A stretch of 32,000 nt of DNA. Origin: Acaryochloris thomasi RCC1774 (GTDB lineage Bacteria > Cyanobacteriota > Cyanobacteriia > Thermosynechococcales > Thermosynechococcaceae). Made by a program: the position numbers and the translations under genes. The DNA lies in NCBI RefSeq assembly GCF_003231495.1, contig NZ_PQWO01000001.1:30001-62000 (forward strand). Direction: 5' to 3'. Below, one piece after another: positions 1 through 8,500 of this stretch (position 1 is the first letter of the stretch; the number at the start of each line of letters is the position of its first letter). The notes beneath the pieces were generated by a model. That model ran no database searches and was not told the origin of the DNA. It saw nothing but the letters and a program-made list of their open reading frames with translations.

Positions 1-1
1 G

Positions 2-892
<891 letters not shown>

Positions 893-1034
893 TGTCGGTG
901 GTCGACCATCGCAACAAAGGTTTGAAGCAAATTCCTAAAGATCGATATCAACGCTCTGATACGTCTACGTCCTCTCAAAGCACCTCCTGAAGCCACTCCG
1001 CAGCGTTCAGCGGCGGCCCCTGCACACGTCATCA

Positions 1035-1745
1035 ATGGGTGACAACGTACAATGGGACATTGACTTGATCGCTGGGGAAAACAGTATGGATTTACCAGAA
1101 CTGGAAACCTGCCTCGATAGTCCCGATCCGAAAGCTCGCATGAAGGCGATTACTGAGCTACGTGAATACGAGCCAGCTCAGGCTGTTCCACTGCTTAAGC
1201 GACGGATAGATGATGACAGGTTTATGATTCGCTCCTTCGTGGCAGCAGGATTGGGCACAAAACGAAATAGCGAAGGTTTCGAGCTGCTGCTCACGATGAT
1301 TGACAAAGAAACAGACCACAACGTGATCGCTGAAGCCGCCAGTTCACTATCTAAATTTGGTCTTCAAGCCCTTCCTCATTTAGTGAAACTCTTTGAACAG
1401 CAAACGCACTGGCTGGTGCGAATTAGTATTTTGGCGGGTATGGAAGATCTTGACGACCCTGAAACCCTCCTGCATTTGTGCCGTTTGGGTCTCGATGGAA
1501 ATGATCCCACAGTGAAGCTGGCTGCAATGGCCAATTTAGGTCGGCTCAAGGAAACGCCCCAAATGGCAGAAGCCCTGGATCTCGCCTGCCAGCTTGCCCA
1601 AGATACGGATGCATCCATTCGGGCACAGGCCGCTCGGCTGCTAAGACACCTTGGCGGTCCACGGGCAGAGAAAGCTTTAGGAGAATTAAGGCAGGATCCT
1701 GATTCTCAAGTCGTCAAAGCGATTCTTGAAGGGTTATTTTATTAG
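1035..1745 (+). CDS. HEAT-repeat (PBS-lyase HEAT-like) protein
   Basis: 236-aa ORF with an ATG at 1035. About 30-aa helical units recur with the HEAT-like signature D..VR..AA..LG: DPKARMKAITEL, DRFMIRSFVAAGLG, DHNVIAEAASSLSKFG, DPTVKLAAMANLGRL, DASIRAQAARLLRHLG and DSQVVKAILEGL. The start could instead be the Met at 1086. Confidence 0.7.
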   Translation: MGDNVQWDIDLIAGENSMDLPELETCLDSPDPKARMKAITELREYEPAQAVPLLKRRIDDDRFMIRSFVAAGLGTKRNSEGFELLLTMIDKETDHNVIAEAASSLSKFGLQALPHLVKLFEQQTHWLVRISILAGMEDLDDPETLLHLCRLGLDGNDPTVKLAAMANLGRLKETPQMAEALDLACQLAQDTDASIRAQAARLLRHLGGPRAEKALGELRQDPDSQVVKAILEGLFY

Positions 1746-1776
1746 GACCGTTCAGACATCGATTCTCCTGCTCAGT

Positions 1777-3393
1777 ATGCTACGCCTCAACGAAATCAAA
1801 CTGCCGCTGGATCATTCTGAAGCAGCGCTGCAAAAAGCCATCCTCAAAAAGCTGTCTATTCCTGAGGCGGACTTGAGCCGGTACACCATCTTCAAGCGCA
1901 GCTATGATGCCCGCAAGAAGAGCAAAATTCTACTGGTGTACATCGTTGATGTTGAGACGCCTAAGGAAAAAGCTTTACTCAAGCAGTTTAAGAAAGATCC
2001 TCATGTCACCCTGACGCCAGATATGGCCTATCGAATGGTGACGGCGGCACCCGATGACCAGGATTTGCGGCCAGTCGTGATCGGCACCGGGCCGTGTGGC
2101 ATGTTTGCAGGGTTGCTGCTAGCCCAAATGGGCTTCCGTCCGATTTTGCTGGAGCGCGGTAAATCGGTGCGCGAACGCAGTGTTGATACGTTTGGGTTTT
2201 GGCTCAAAAAACGCCTCAACCCTGAATCAAACGCGCAGTTTGGCGAAGGCGGCGCAGGCACGTTCTCCGATGGCAAACTCTACAGTCAGGTCAGAGACCG
2301 GAAGCACTACGGGCGCAAGGTACTAACCGAGCTGGTCAAGGCAGGCGCTTCGCCAGAAATTTTATACATTAACAAGCCCCATATCGGTACCTATCGTCTG
2401 GTCAAGATTGTGCAAAATCTGCGCGCCAAAATTGAGGCGTTGGGGGGTGAGATTCGCTTCCAGTGTCGGGTCAAAGATATTGAGATCGAACAGGGGCAGG
2501 TGCGGGGAGTGATGCTAGAGAATGGGGAGGTTATTGCTTGCCGCCATGTTGTCCTCGCGGTTGGCCACAGTGCCCGAGATACCTTTGAGATGCTGCACAA
2601 ACGGGGCGTATACATCGAAGCGAAGCCCTTCTCGATTGGCTTTCGGATTGAGCATCCGCAATCGTTAATCGATCGCTGTCGCTTTGGTGAACAGGCCGGA
2701 CATGAGCGGCTTGGCTCTGCGGATTATAAGCTAGTCCATCACTGTCAAAATGGGCGGTCGGTCTATAGCTTTTGCATGTGTCCCGGCGGGAAAGTCGTGG
2801 CAGCGGCCTCTGAACCGGGACGGTTGGTGACCAACGGCATGAGCGAATATGCTCGGGATGAATCCAACGCCAACAGCGCCATTGTGGTAGGCATTACTCC
2901 CGAAGATTATCCTGATGGACCGCTAGCGGGTATTGAGCTGCAGCGATCTTTAGAAAAGCGGGCCTTTGAATTGGGTGGCGGCACCTACGAAGCACCAGGA
3001 CAGTTAGTGGGCGATTTTCTGGCCGGTCGGCCTTCTGCTGATTTTGGTGCGGTGTACCCGTCCTATAAGCCGGGGGTGAAGCTGGGAGATTTAGAGGGGA
3101 GTTTGCCTAGGTTTGCGATCGCATCCCTCAAAGAGGCCATCTTGGCCTTCGACAAAAAGATCCACGGGTTCGCCATGAACGACGCTGTTTTGACCGGCAT
3201 CGAAACCCGGACCTCATCCCCTATCCGCATTAAGCGCAATCAGAACTATCAGAGCCTCAATACAGTGGGACTCTATCCTGCCGGAGAAGGAGCCGGATAT
3301 GCAGGAGGGATTTTGTCTGCGGGAATAGACGGCATCAAAGTTGCGGAAGCTGTTGCATTGAGTCATTGGTCAAAGCCTCTTGAAGAGGCTTGA
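1777..3393 (+). CDS. FAD-dependent oxidoreductase, uncharacterised COG2509-like family
   Basis: Contains the Rossmann dinucleotide motif VVIGTGPCGMFAGLLLAQMGFRPILLERG, followed by FGEGGAGTFSDGKL and GEGAGYAGGI. The track start at 1726 is a TTG. The ATG at 1777 gives MLRLNEIKLPLDH, which matches the usual N-terminus of this family as I remember it. Confidence 0.8.
   Translation: MLRLNEIKLPLDHSEAALQKAILKKLSIPEADLSRYTIFKRSYDARKKSKILLVYIVDVETPKEKALLKQFKKDPHVTLTPDMAYRMVTAAPDDQDLRPVVIGTGPCGMFAGLLLAQMGFRPILLERGKSVRERSVDTFGFWLKKRLNPESNAQFGEGGAGTFSDGKLYSQVRDRKHYGRKVLTELVKAGASPEILYINKPHIGTYRLVKIVQNLRAKIEALGGEIRFQCRVKDIEIEQGQVRGVMLENGEVIACRHVVLAVGHSARDTFEMLHKRGVYIEAKPFSIGFRIEHPQSLIDRCRFGEQAGHERLGSADYKLVHHCQNGRSVYSFCMCPGGKVVAAASEPGRLVTNGMSEYARDESNANSAIVVGITPEDYPDGPLAGIELQRSLEKRAFELGGGTYEAPGQLVGDFLAGRPSADFGAVYPSYKPGVKLGDLEGSLPRFAIASLKEAILAFDKKIHGFAMNDAVLTGIETRTSSPIRIKRNQNYQSLNTVGLYPAGEGAGYAGGILSAGIDGIKVAEAVALSHWSKPLEEA
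3115..3122. repeat. HIP1 octamer GCGATCGC; first of 14 dispersed copies
   Basis: Exact copies found by eye at 3115, 4268, 6961, 10631, 12470, 13175, 14103, 16619, 19618, 24385, 27083, 28165, 29491 and 31798 (start coordinates). HIP1 is a hallmark dispersed palindrome of many cyanobacterial genomes. Confidence 0.9.
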
Positions 3394-5674
3394 TGACGGG
3401 ACAAGGTGGAAGGACTTGGAGCGAATCCTGACGCTGCCAATCAAAGGTATGCCATATAAAGGGGGCCTTCTGAGCAGCTGACATCCACAGCAGCCGTTTG
3501 GCTCGGGTCATGGCCACATAAAGGAGCCGGAACTCCTCGGCAATCTTGAGGTCACTGGCCTGCTGCCAAGCCTGATCAATGTCAGGGATGGGCTGCCCAT
3601 GAACCAGCGCTCGAATCTGAGCCCGCGCGACCTCTGCCAACGTAAAGCCCCCCAAAAACTTGCTGGTTTCCGGCACCCACAGCTCCCCCGGAATCACCCG
3701 CTCATGAAGAAACGGCAGGAAAACGTAATCCCAATCTAAGCCCTTGGCTTTATGCATGGTGATGATGGTCAGCCGACCTTTTTTAAGGTAGGGGTTGGTC
3801 TCCTCTCGAGTCTTGCCGCTCTCAGAGGTCTCTTCAACCTCCACCGGTTCAAAGCGTTCGGTACTCACAAGTTCCTGAAGGGCAGGCAGCGTGGTTGCCA
3901 TCGTGGCTGCACCCTCCGTCAGCGAAAACAGTCGGCTCGATAGCTTATCAGCGGTTGCTAATTCTGCGGGATCATAGTGCAGGGCCAAGGCCGAAAACGA
4001 GATCAGTTGATAGTGGGGCAGTTCCCAGCGAGCGCGGAGTAATTTCGCACACAGGTTGCGAGCCTGCCGCACGGTTTCAGCCTGGGCTGGTTCGAGGGGG
4101 CCGGGATAGAGAAACTGCTCGGGTCGGCTGGCAAGGCGGTTGATTTCTTGGGCTGGAATCAGTTGGCGATCGAGAAATAGCGTTAGGGCTGCTTTGAGAT
4201 AGGCCGGTGAATGGGGGCGAGCTAAAAACTTCAGCAGCGTTAACATCTCAGCTGGGATATGGGATCTGCGATCGCGACTCCCTACATCAAACACTTCAAT
4301 CTCGTGGGCGGCTAAATCACAGGACAGCCCATACCGTTCTGGATCGCTCAAAAGCTCTGCAATAAAGCGCCCTTGCTTGTTCTCTCGTACTAAGACTGCC
4401 GCATTGCGATCTGAACCTTGTATAAACAACTCGATCACCCGCTGACCGAGCAAATCCACCGTTTTATATACATCGTTAGGGCGCACAATTTCTAAACCTT
4501 GCCCCTCAGGCTCAGGATTAGCATTCGGCTGTGGATCATCAAGAGGAACCGGATGAATAGCCTGCTCTGTGAAGGGAAGCTCAGTCCCCGCTAGCCCCGA
4601 CTCATTCACCCACCGCAGCATATGATTTGCCGCTTCCATAATGATCGGGGCACTCCGGCCCGCCTGATCCATCGTGTGTTGAGGGTTATGGCGGCAGAAC
4701 TCCCGGAAAAAGATCGGATCAGCAGGCGTAAAGGTGGAGTTAATCGCCTGATTTGGATCGCCAACGCGGACGAGGTTCAGGCCATTCGGCGTTTCTGAAA
4801 GGATTTCTAGCAGTTGAGTTTGGAGCGGGGTAGAGTCTTGAGCTTCATCTTCAAAGACAGCAAAGACCTGTTGATGCCAAAAGGCTTTGGCCTGCGGATC
4901 GTTAAGCACCCGCAGCGCCGCTAAAATCATGTCGTCGTAGTCAATCCGCTGCTGAGCCTGGAGCAGATCTTGGTAGCGTTCGTAGAGACCGGATGCTATA
5001 GCAACCACCGGCAAATCATCTCGAATATCCTGAGCCACAGCATAAAGAGCCTGAGGCGAAAGTCCGGAGCTTTTGGCCTCACGCACGGCAATCTCGGCTA
5101 AAGCAGGCAGCACGTCGGTACGTAAAACAGACTGACGGCGTAAACGCTCAGTTTCTTCACCATCAAAGGAACCTTGCTCCATCAAAAGCTGGTAGAGGGG
5201 CCGATGATCGATCACCCACTGATCCACACAGCGGCGAATCAGCTCATGGCGACGGCTGGGGGAAACCAGCGTAATTTGGTCCAAACGCAGCCCCGAAAGC
5301 TGAGGATGACGGCTAGCAATGTTGAGGGCTAGCCCGTGCAGAGTGTGAACAATGAACCCACCTAGCGGCTGGTTTAGATCGCGCAGATGCCTACGAATTT
5401 GGTGCTTGAGGTTCGCAGCAGCAGAACGCGTAAAGGTAACTAACACCAGTTGACGAGAGCGATTGAGGCGATTTTGAGACAGTGCAATAGCCGCCGCCGC
5501 CGCCATTCCATAAGATTTCCCTGCACCCGGTACGGCGGACACAGCAAGAGGACCGCTTTGCCAGTCTGCGAGCGATCTCTGACCAGGCCGCAGCGAGTTT
5601 TTCAGATGTTCTAGTTTTAGGTTGAGATCTTCCAAGAATTTGAGAACAAGATTTTTCGATTGAGAGTCGTCCAA
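3335..5674 (-). CDS. UvrD/Rep-like superfamily 1 DNA helicase, divergent
   Basis: 779 aa. The SF1 motifs appear in order: Walker A AVPGAGKSYG, Ia VTFTRSAAANL, II FEDEAQDSTPLQ, III VGDPNQAI, V TMHKAKGLDWDYVFLP and VI LLYVAMTRAKRLL. The start codon is TTG (plus-strand caa at 5672-5674). There is no in-frame ATG between the upstream stop and Walker A. Confidence 0.85.
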   Translation of the reverse strand: MDDSQSKNLVLKFLEDLNLKLEHLKNSLRPGQRSLADWQSGPLAVSAVPGAGKSYGMAAAAAIALSQNRLNRSRQLVLVTFTRSAAANLKHQIRRHLRDLNQPLGGFIVHTLHGLALNIASRHPQLSGLRLDQITLVSPSRRHELIRRCVDQWVIDHRPLYQLLMEQGSFDGEETERLRRQSVLRTDVLPALAEIAVREAKSSGLSPQALYAVAQDIRDDLPVVAIASGLYERYQDLLQAQQRIDYDDMILAALRVLNDPQAKAFWHQQVFAVFEDEAQDSTPLQTQLLEILSETPNGLNLVRVGDPNQAINSTFTPADPIFFREFCRHNPQHTMDQAGRSAPIIMEAANHMLRWVNESGLAGTELPFTEQAIHPVPLDDPQPNANPEPEGQGLEIVRPNDVYKTVDLLGQRVIELFIQGSDRNAAVLVRENKQGRFIAELLSDPERYGLSCDLAAHEIEVFDVGSRDRRSHIPAEMLTLLKFLARPHSPAYLKAALTLFLDRQLIPAQEINRLASRPEQFLYPGPLEPAQAETVRQARNLCAKLLRARWELPHYQLISFSALALHYDPAELATADKLSSRLFSLTEGAATMATTLPALQELVSTERFEPVEVEETSESGKTREETNPYLKKGRLTIITMHKAKGLDWDYVFLPFLHERVIPGELWVPETSKFLGGFTLAEVARAQIRALVHGQPIPDIDQAWQQASDLKIAEEFRLLYVAMTRAKRLLWMSAAQKAPFIWHTFDWQRQDSLQVLPPCPVIKPLQEALTNDSMQQLPQL

Positions 5675-5706
5675 CCCATCACGATTGAACAGAATGCAGC
5701 GTCATA

Positions 5707-6450
5707 TCAGTAAACATCATCGTACCTTTCCCGATAGGTTCTTTTCGTCTGTCCGAGACTTAGATCCCCAGCCAGCAGATCAATGCCATCAATAATCTCA
5801 GGAATTTGATCAGCCTCGACCTGAAGCCCTTTAAAACACCGCTCTCGGTAAGTCTCTCTTTCTTGGAAATGTTGAATTGATGCTTTTAGAGGACGTATAA
5901 CCTCATAGGCATTCTCCGCTTTATTAATCGCAGCGGCTGGGATTGAAGACTGTAGCCTCAAAATAGCTAGGTCAATGAGATCTCTAGATTCAACACTACT
6001 GTCCAGATAACGATCAGAATTCGCCAGTAATTTAGAGGTGAAACAATCGCTCAAACTCAAACAAGCAACAGGGGACCAATCTAGATATCTAGGCGGATCA
6101 AGCTCAAAGCGGCCTTCTACAATAATTTCAGTTCTGATTGACTCACTATCGACGTTAATGACCATGCGAATCCCGTACTGATCGGCGGTTCCGCGTCCAA
6201 TCTGCACTCGATTCTGGTCTCGAAATAGCGCCCGATAACCACTCTCAAAGATAAGGCTGCGAAGGTACTTATAGCCGACAGAAGAGATTGGGCAGAGAAA
6301 ATCAACATCTTTACTCCAGCGATATTCTCCCAGATCAAGAGTTAAAAGCGTCCCGCCCCCAAAATAAGCTGTATTGTCTCTCAGTACATCAGCATCTAAG
6401 CTGTCAAGAATTGTCAGGATCTTATTATGATGATCCAGTTTGAAAGTCAT
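5707..6450 (-). CDS. Nucleotidyltransferase of the DUF1814 / AbiEii-like (putative toxin) family
   Basis: 247 aa. The N-terminus has a pol-beta-type NTase signature, YFGGGTLLTLDLGEYRWSKDVDFLC (GG ... DxDF). The C-terminus has K..LA...R......SRDLIDLAIL, resembling the AbiEii motif K..A...R....RDhYDh. The start ATG overlaps the stop of the upstream small ORF as ATGA. Confidence 0.6.
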   Translation of the reverse strand: MTFKLDHHNKILTILDSLDADVLRDNTAYFGGGTLLTLDLGEYRWSKDVDFLCPISSVGYKYLRSLIFESGYRALFRDQNRVQIGRGTADQYGIRMVINVDSESIRTEIIVEGRFELDPPRYLDWSPVACLSLSDCFTSKLLANSDRYLDSSVESRDLIDLAILRLQSSIPAAAINKAENAYEVIRPLKASIQHFQERETYRERCFKGLQVEADQIPEIIDGIDLLAGDLSLGQTKRTYRERYDDVY

Positions 6451-6692
6451 AGCTCAGGCTGCAGCCAAGATTTATACTGCTGAGCAAGTCTTTTCAAAAA
6501 CGCTAGCTCATCACCCTCCAAATTGTTGAAGAGGGTTCGGTATCGCCAACCTCTTTCATAGCGACTCAACATTTGCTCAGGCGTCAGCCGATACACATTG
6601 CCGGTTTGCCAGCAGATAGCTTCCAAAAAAGGTAGATGCTCTGGAGTAGATGTGTGGCTTGTGCTTTCTGTAGATGTCATCATAGTTCCCAT
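6447..6692 (-). CDS. Small protein of unknown function, candidate cognate partner/antitoxin of the downstream NTase
   Basis: 81-aa ORF with a Ser/Thr-rich N-terminus and a predicted helical C-terminus (LTPEQMLSRYERGWRY...LAFLKRLAQQYKSW). It overlaps the NTase start by 4 nt (plus-strand tcat at 6447-6450). I recognise no domain. Met4 or Met5 are alternative starts. Confidence 0.5.
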   Translation of the reverse strand: MGTMMTSTESTSHTSTPEHLPFLEAICWQTGNVYRLTPEQMLSRYERGWRYRTLFNNLEGDELAFLKRLAQQYKSWLQPEL

Positions 6693-6762
6693 CTTATCTA
6701 TTACCGCTCCTTATAGAGGGTAAGCGGGAGACAGAATAGCAATCATGCAGAAAGGAACCTGC

Positions 6763-6791
6763 AAAAAGGCCGGAAGATTTACCCCCCGGCC
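6763..6791 (-). terminator. Putative intrinsic terminator downstream of the 191-aa gene
   Basis: The minus strand reads GGCCGG-ggggtaaatctt-CCGGCC-TTTTT. The all-GC 6-bp arms are at 6786-6791 and 6768-6773, and the U-run is at 6763-6767. It starts 26 nt after the stop at 6817. Confidence 0.5.
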
Positions 6792-6816
6792 CTCAATCTA
6801 GTCTGCATTATGGCTA

Positions 6817-7392
6817 CTAGTGAGCAACTGATTGAGATGACTCGGCTTCAGTCGCGACAACCTCAACCGTGACGGAAGGCTCCATCGGCACTTCGACGGG
6901 GGCAGTCGCTTGGGCATACCAAGCTTTAGCAACCTTCACCTTATGTTTTGCCGCACCGTAGCGATCGCCATAGTTCTTCGTCAAAGTGGCATCTATCGTC
7001 GCCGCCTCAGACTTGAGCCAAGGGAATAACCTAGCTTTAACGGTGCCGGCAAAGGAGAGGAGCAAAGACCGTAGCGTCGTGGGTAAGTCAGGGCTACCAG
7101 GCTTATCCGTCCAGGCATCGTTAATTTTGGTCCCGGTATCTTTAAGGTTATCAACCACCGTTGACGACAGCTCCTGTGCGAGAGGCTTCATCACTTCCGT
7201 GCCAGACTGAAGCTCTGTTTTAGTTTCAACAAAAGCTGTTTTAAAAATGGTGCCAATACGGTTTAATCTCGTGCTGCCTTCTGTTCTGAACTGGGTCCAA
7301 TTATCAGTTGTCGGGACAGTATTATTCATGGTTTGAGTTTGAGCTTGAGCTTGAGAATCAGTCATTTGTGGGGTGCTATCAGTAGCCATCAT
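6817..7392 (-). CDS. Hypothetical protein (191 aa), Q/T/A-rich N-terminus and predicted helical body
   Basis: Long ORF sitting alone in its interval. A terminator-like hairpin lies just downstream. I recognise no family. Confidence 0.55.
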   Translation of the reverse strand: MMATDSTPQMTDSQAQAQTQTMNNTVPTTDNWTQFRTEGSTRLNRIGTIFKTAFVETKTELQSGTEVMKPLAQELSSTVVDNLKDTGTKINDAWTDKPGSPDLPTTLRSLLLSFAGTVKARLFPWLKSEAATIDATLTKNYGDRYGAAKHKVKVAKAWYAQATAPVEVPMEPSVTVEVVATEAESSQSVAH

Positions 7393-7505
7393 TAGATTAG
7401 TTCTCCAAAGAAAGAGTCGAATTTTACTTTGTCCTTAATGCCAGACGATATAATTTGCACACACTACATAACCATTCTCCTGAACACTCGTCACTCAAAT
7501 TTTTT

Positions 7506-7802
7506 CTAGCCAACGGATACAGCTTCAACGTCTATAACGCTTTCGGTCGCGGCCACGCTCGTCTTGCTTCCCTTCTTATCTTTCACCCTCTCCATCATCA
7601 TTTGAGAGACCTCTGCAATCAGAAGTGAAGCTAGTAAACCATCATCAATCCATCCTAGACCCGGCAAGAAGTCAGGCGAAATATCAAGGGGACTGACGAG
7701 ATAAAATAGCGTCCCTAGAATAACTACCCAGCGGTACTTCGTATGCCGAATTGCATTCCGATAACCTTCTTGAAAACTCTGCCAAAGGGATTGGTTCTTC
7801 AT
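7506..7802 (-). CDS. DUF1232 (YkvA-like) small membrane protein
   Basis: 98 aa. The sequence RWVVILGTLFYLVSPLDISPDFLPGLGWIDDGLLASLL matches the DUF1232 hallmark (Y..sP.D.IPDfiP.lG..DD). Confidence 0.7.
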   Translation of the reverse strand: MKNQSLWQSFQEGYRNAIRHTKYRWVVILGTLFYLVSPLDISPDFLPGLGWIDDGLLASLLIAEVSQMMMERVKDKKGSKTSVAATESVIDVEAVSVG

Positions 7803-8243
7803 CTCAGTTCCAGCTCATCAACAACCTCATAATCTCAGTTTTATCTGAAATCGTCAGGTGTTGATCCCCTATCCTTTAGTCGTAGTAATACACCGAATAG
7901 ACCGTATACGGTTAGCCGAATCTCTCAATTCAACCTCTAGGCTGTTGCGCCTTTTGAACTGTTTCCCATCAAAGATGCTCGTTATTATTTACAAGCAAAG
8001 AATATGAGCTAGTGAGAGTTATATTCTGATACTCGTGCACAAGATATGGCTAAAAACTATCTTGTTGATACAAGGCTTTAACGATCCTCGCTCTATAATT
8101 AGAGCTTATGGAGCAATGAAGCATCACTTTTTTGATTGATGTTCTTCCTGATCAGCTTTGAAACAAGTTAGTCGCAGTACTTCACGGCTCTTGACGCCCT
8201 TAGGAAAAGAAGCGTAAGCGGCTGGGCATCCCTGCACTGAGTC

Positions 8244-8420
8244 ATGATTAAAACCCAGATCCGTACGACCACTAAGCCACTCATCCGCTGCACGGGCTGT
8301 AAGAGTAGGATGGTCCGACCGTCACGAACCAGAGGAATCCTGCGTTGGATCCTTTCACGCTTTGGCTTAAAACCCTATCGCTGCCTCTACTGTGGAAGAA
8401 GATTTTTCAAATCACCTTGA
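8244..8420 (+). CDS. Small zinc-ribbon protein (58 aa), not in the ORF track
   Basis: Hand translation gives MIKTQIRTTTKPLIRCTGCKSRMVRPSRTRGILRWILSRFGLKPYRCLYCGRRFFKSP followed by a stop. There are two CxxC pairs (CTGC and CLYC) about 30 aa apart, and the protein is very basic. An in-frame TGA lies one codon upstream of the ATG (8238-8240). It is the only sizeable ORF in a roughly 700-nt gap. Confidence 0.5.
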   Translation: MIKTQIRTTTKPLIRCTGCKSRMVRPSRTRGILRWILSRFGLKPYRCLYCGRRFFKSP

Positions 8421-8500
8421 CTCATCTAAGACATAGGGAGAATGGTTGGGCAAGTCTACAGTGGGGAGCAAATTCACTGTAGCCCCTCAAACAGAAAGCC

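Noticed and set aside
897-912. Palindrome around tggtcgacca just after the IDH stop, considered as a terminator
   Set aside because: It is a near-continuous palindrome without a loop or a trailing T-run. It is more likely a chance or restriction-site-like sequence.
3752-4143. Two plus-strand ORFs (63 and 82 aa) inside the helicase gene
   Set aside because: They are antisense to a region carrying ordered SF1 helicase motifs and show no recognisable features.
7449-7500. Plus-strand TATAAT (7449-7454) followed about 45 nt later by a T-run, considered as a small sRNA; the cacacactac...ctcctgaacac stretch was also compared with the Yfr1 ACUCCUCACAC motif
   Set aside because: No hairpin precedes the T-run (CACTC-gt-CACTC is a direct repeat, not an inverted one). 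There is no acceptable -35 element, and the Yfr1 core motif is not actually present.
8456-8482. 8-bp hairpin CTACAGTG...CACTGTAG between the convergent zinc-ribbon ORF and the 4-TM gene, considered as a bidirectional terminator
   Set aside because: It has an 11-nt loop and a short mixed stem. No T-run follows on either strand, so it is not convincing as an intrinsic terminator.
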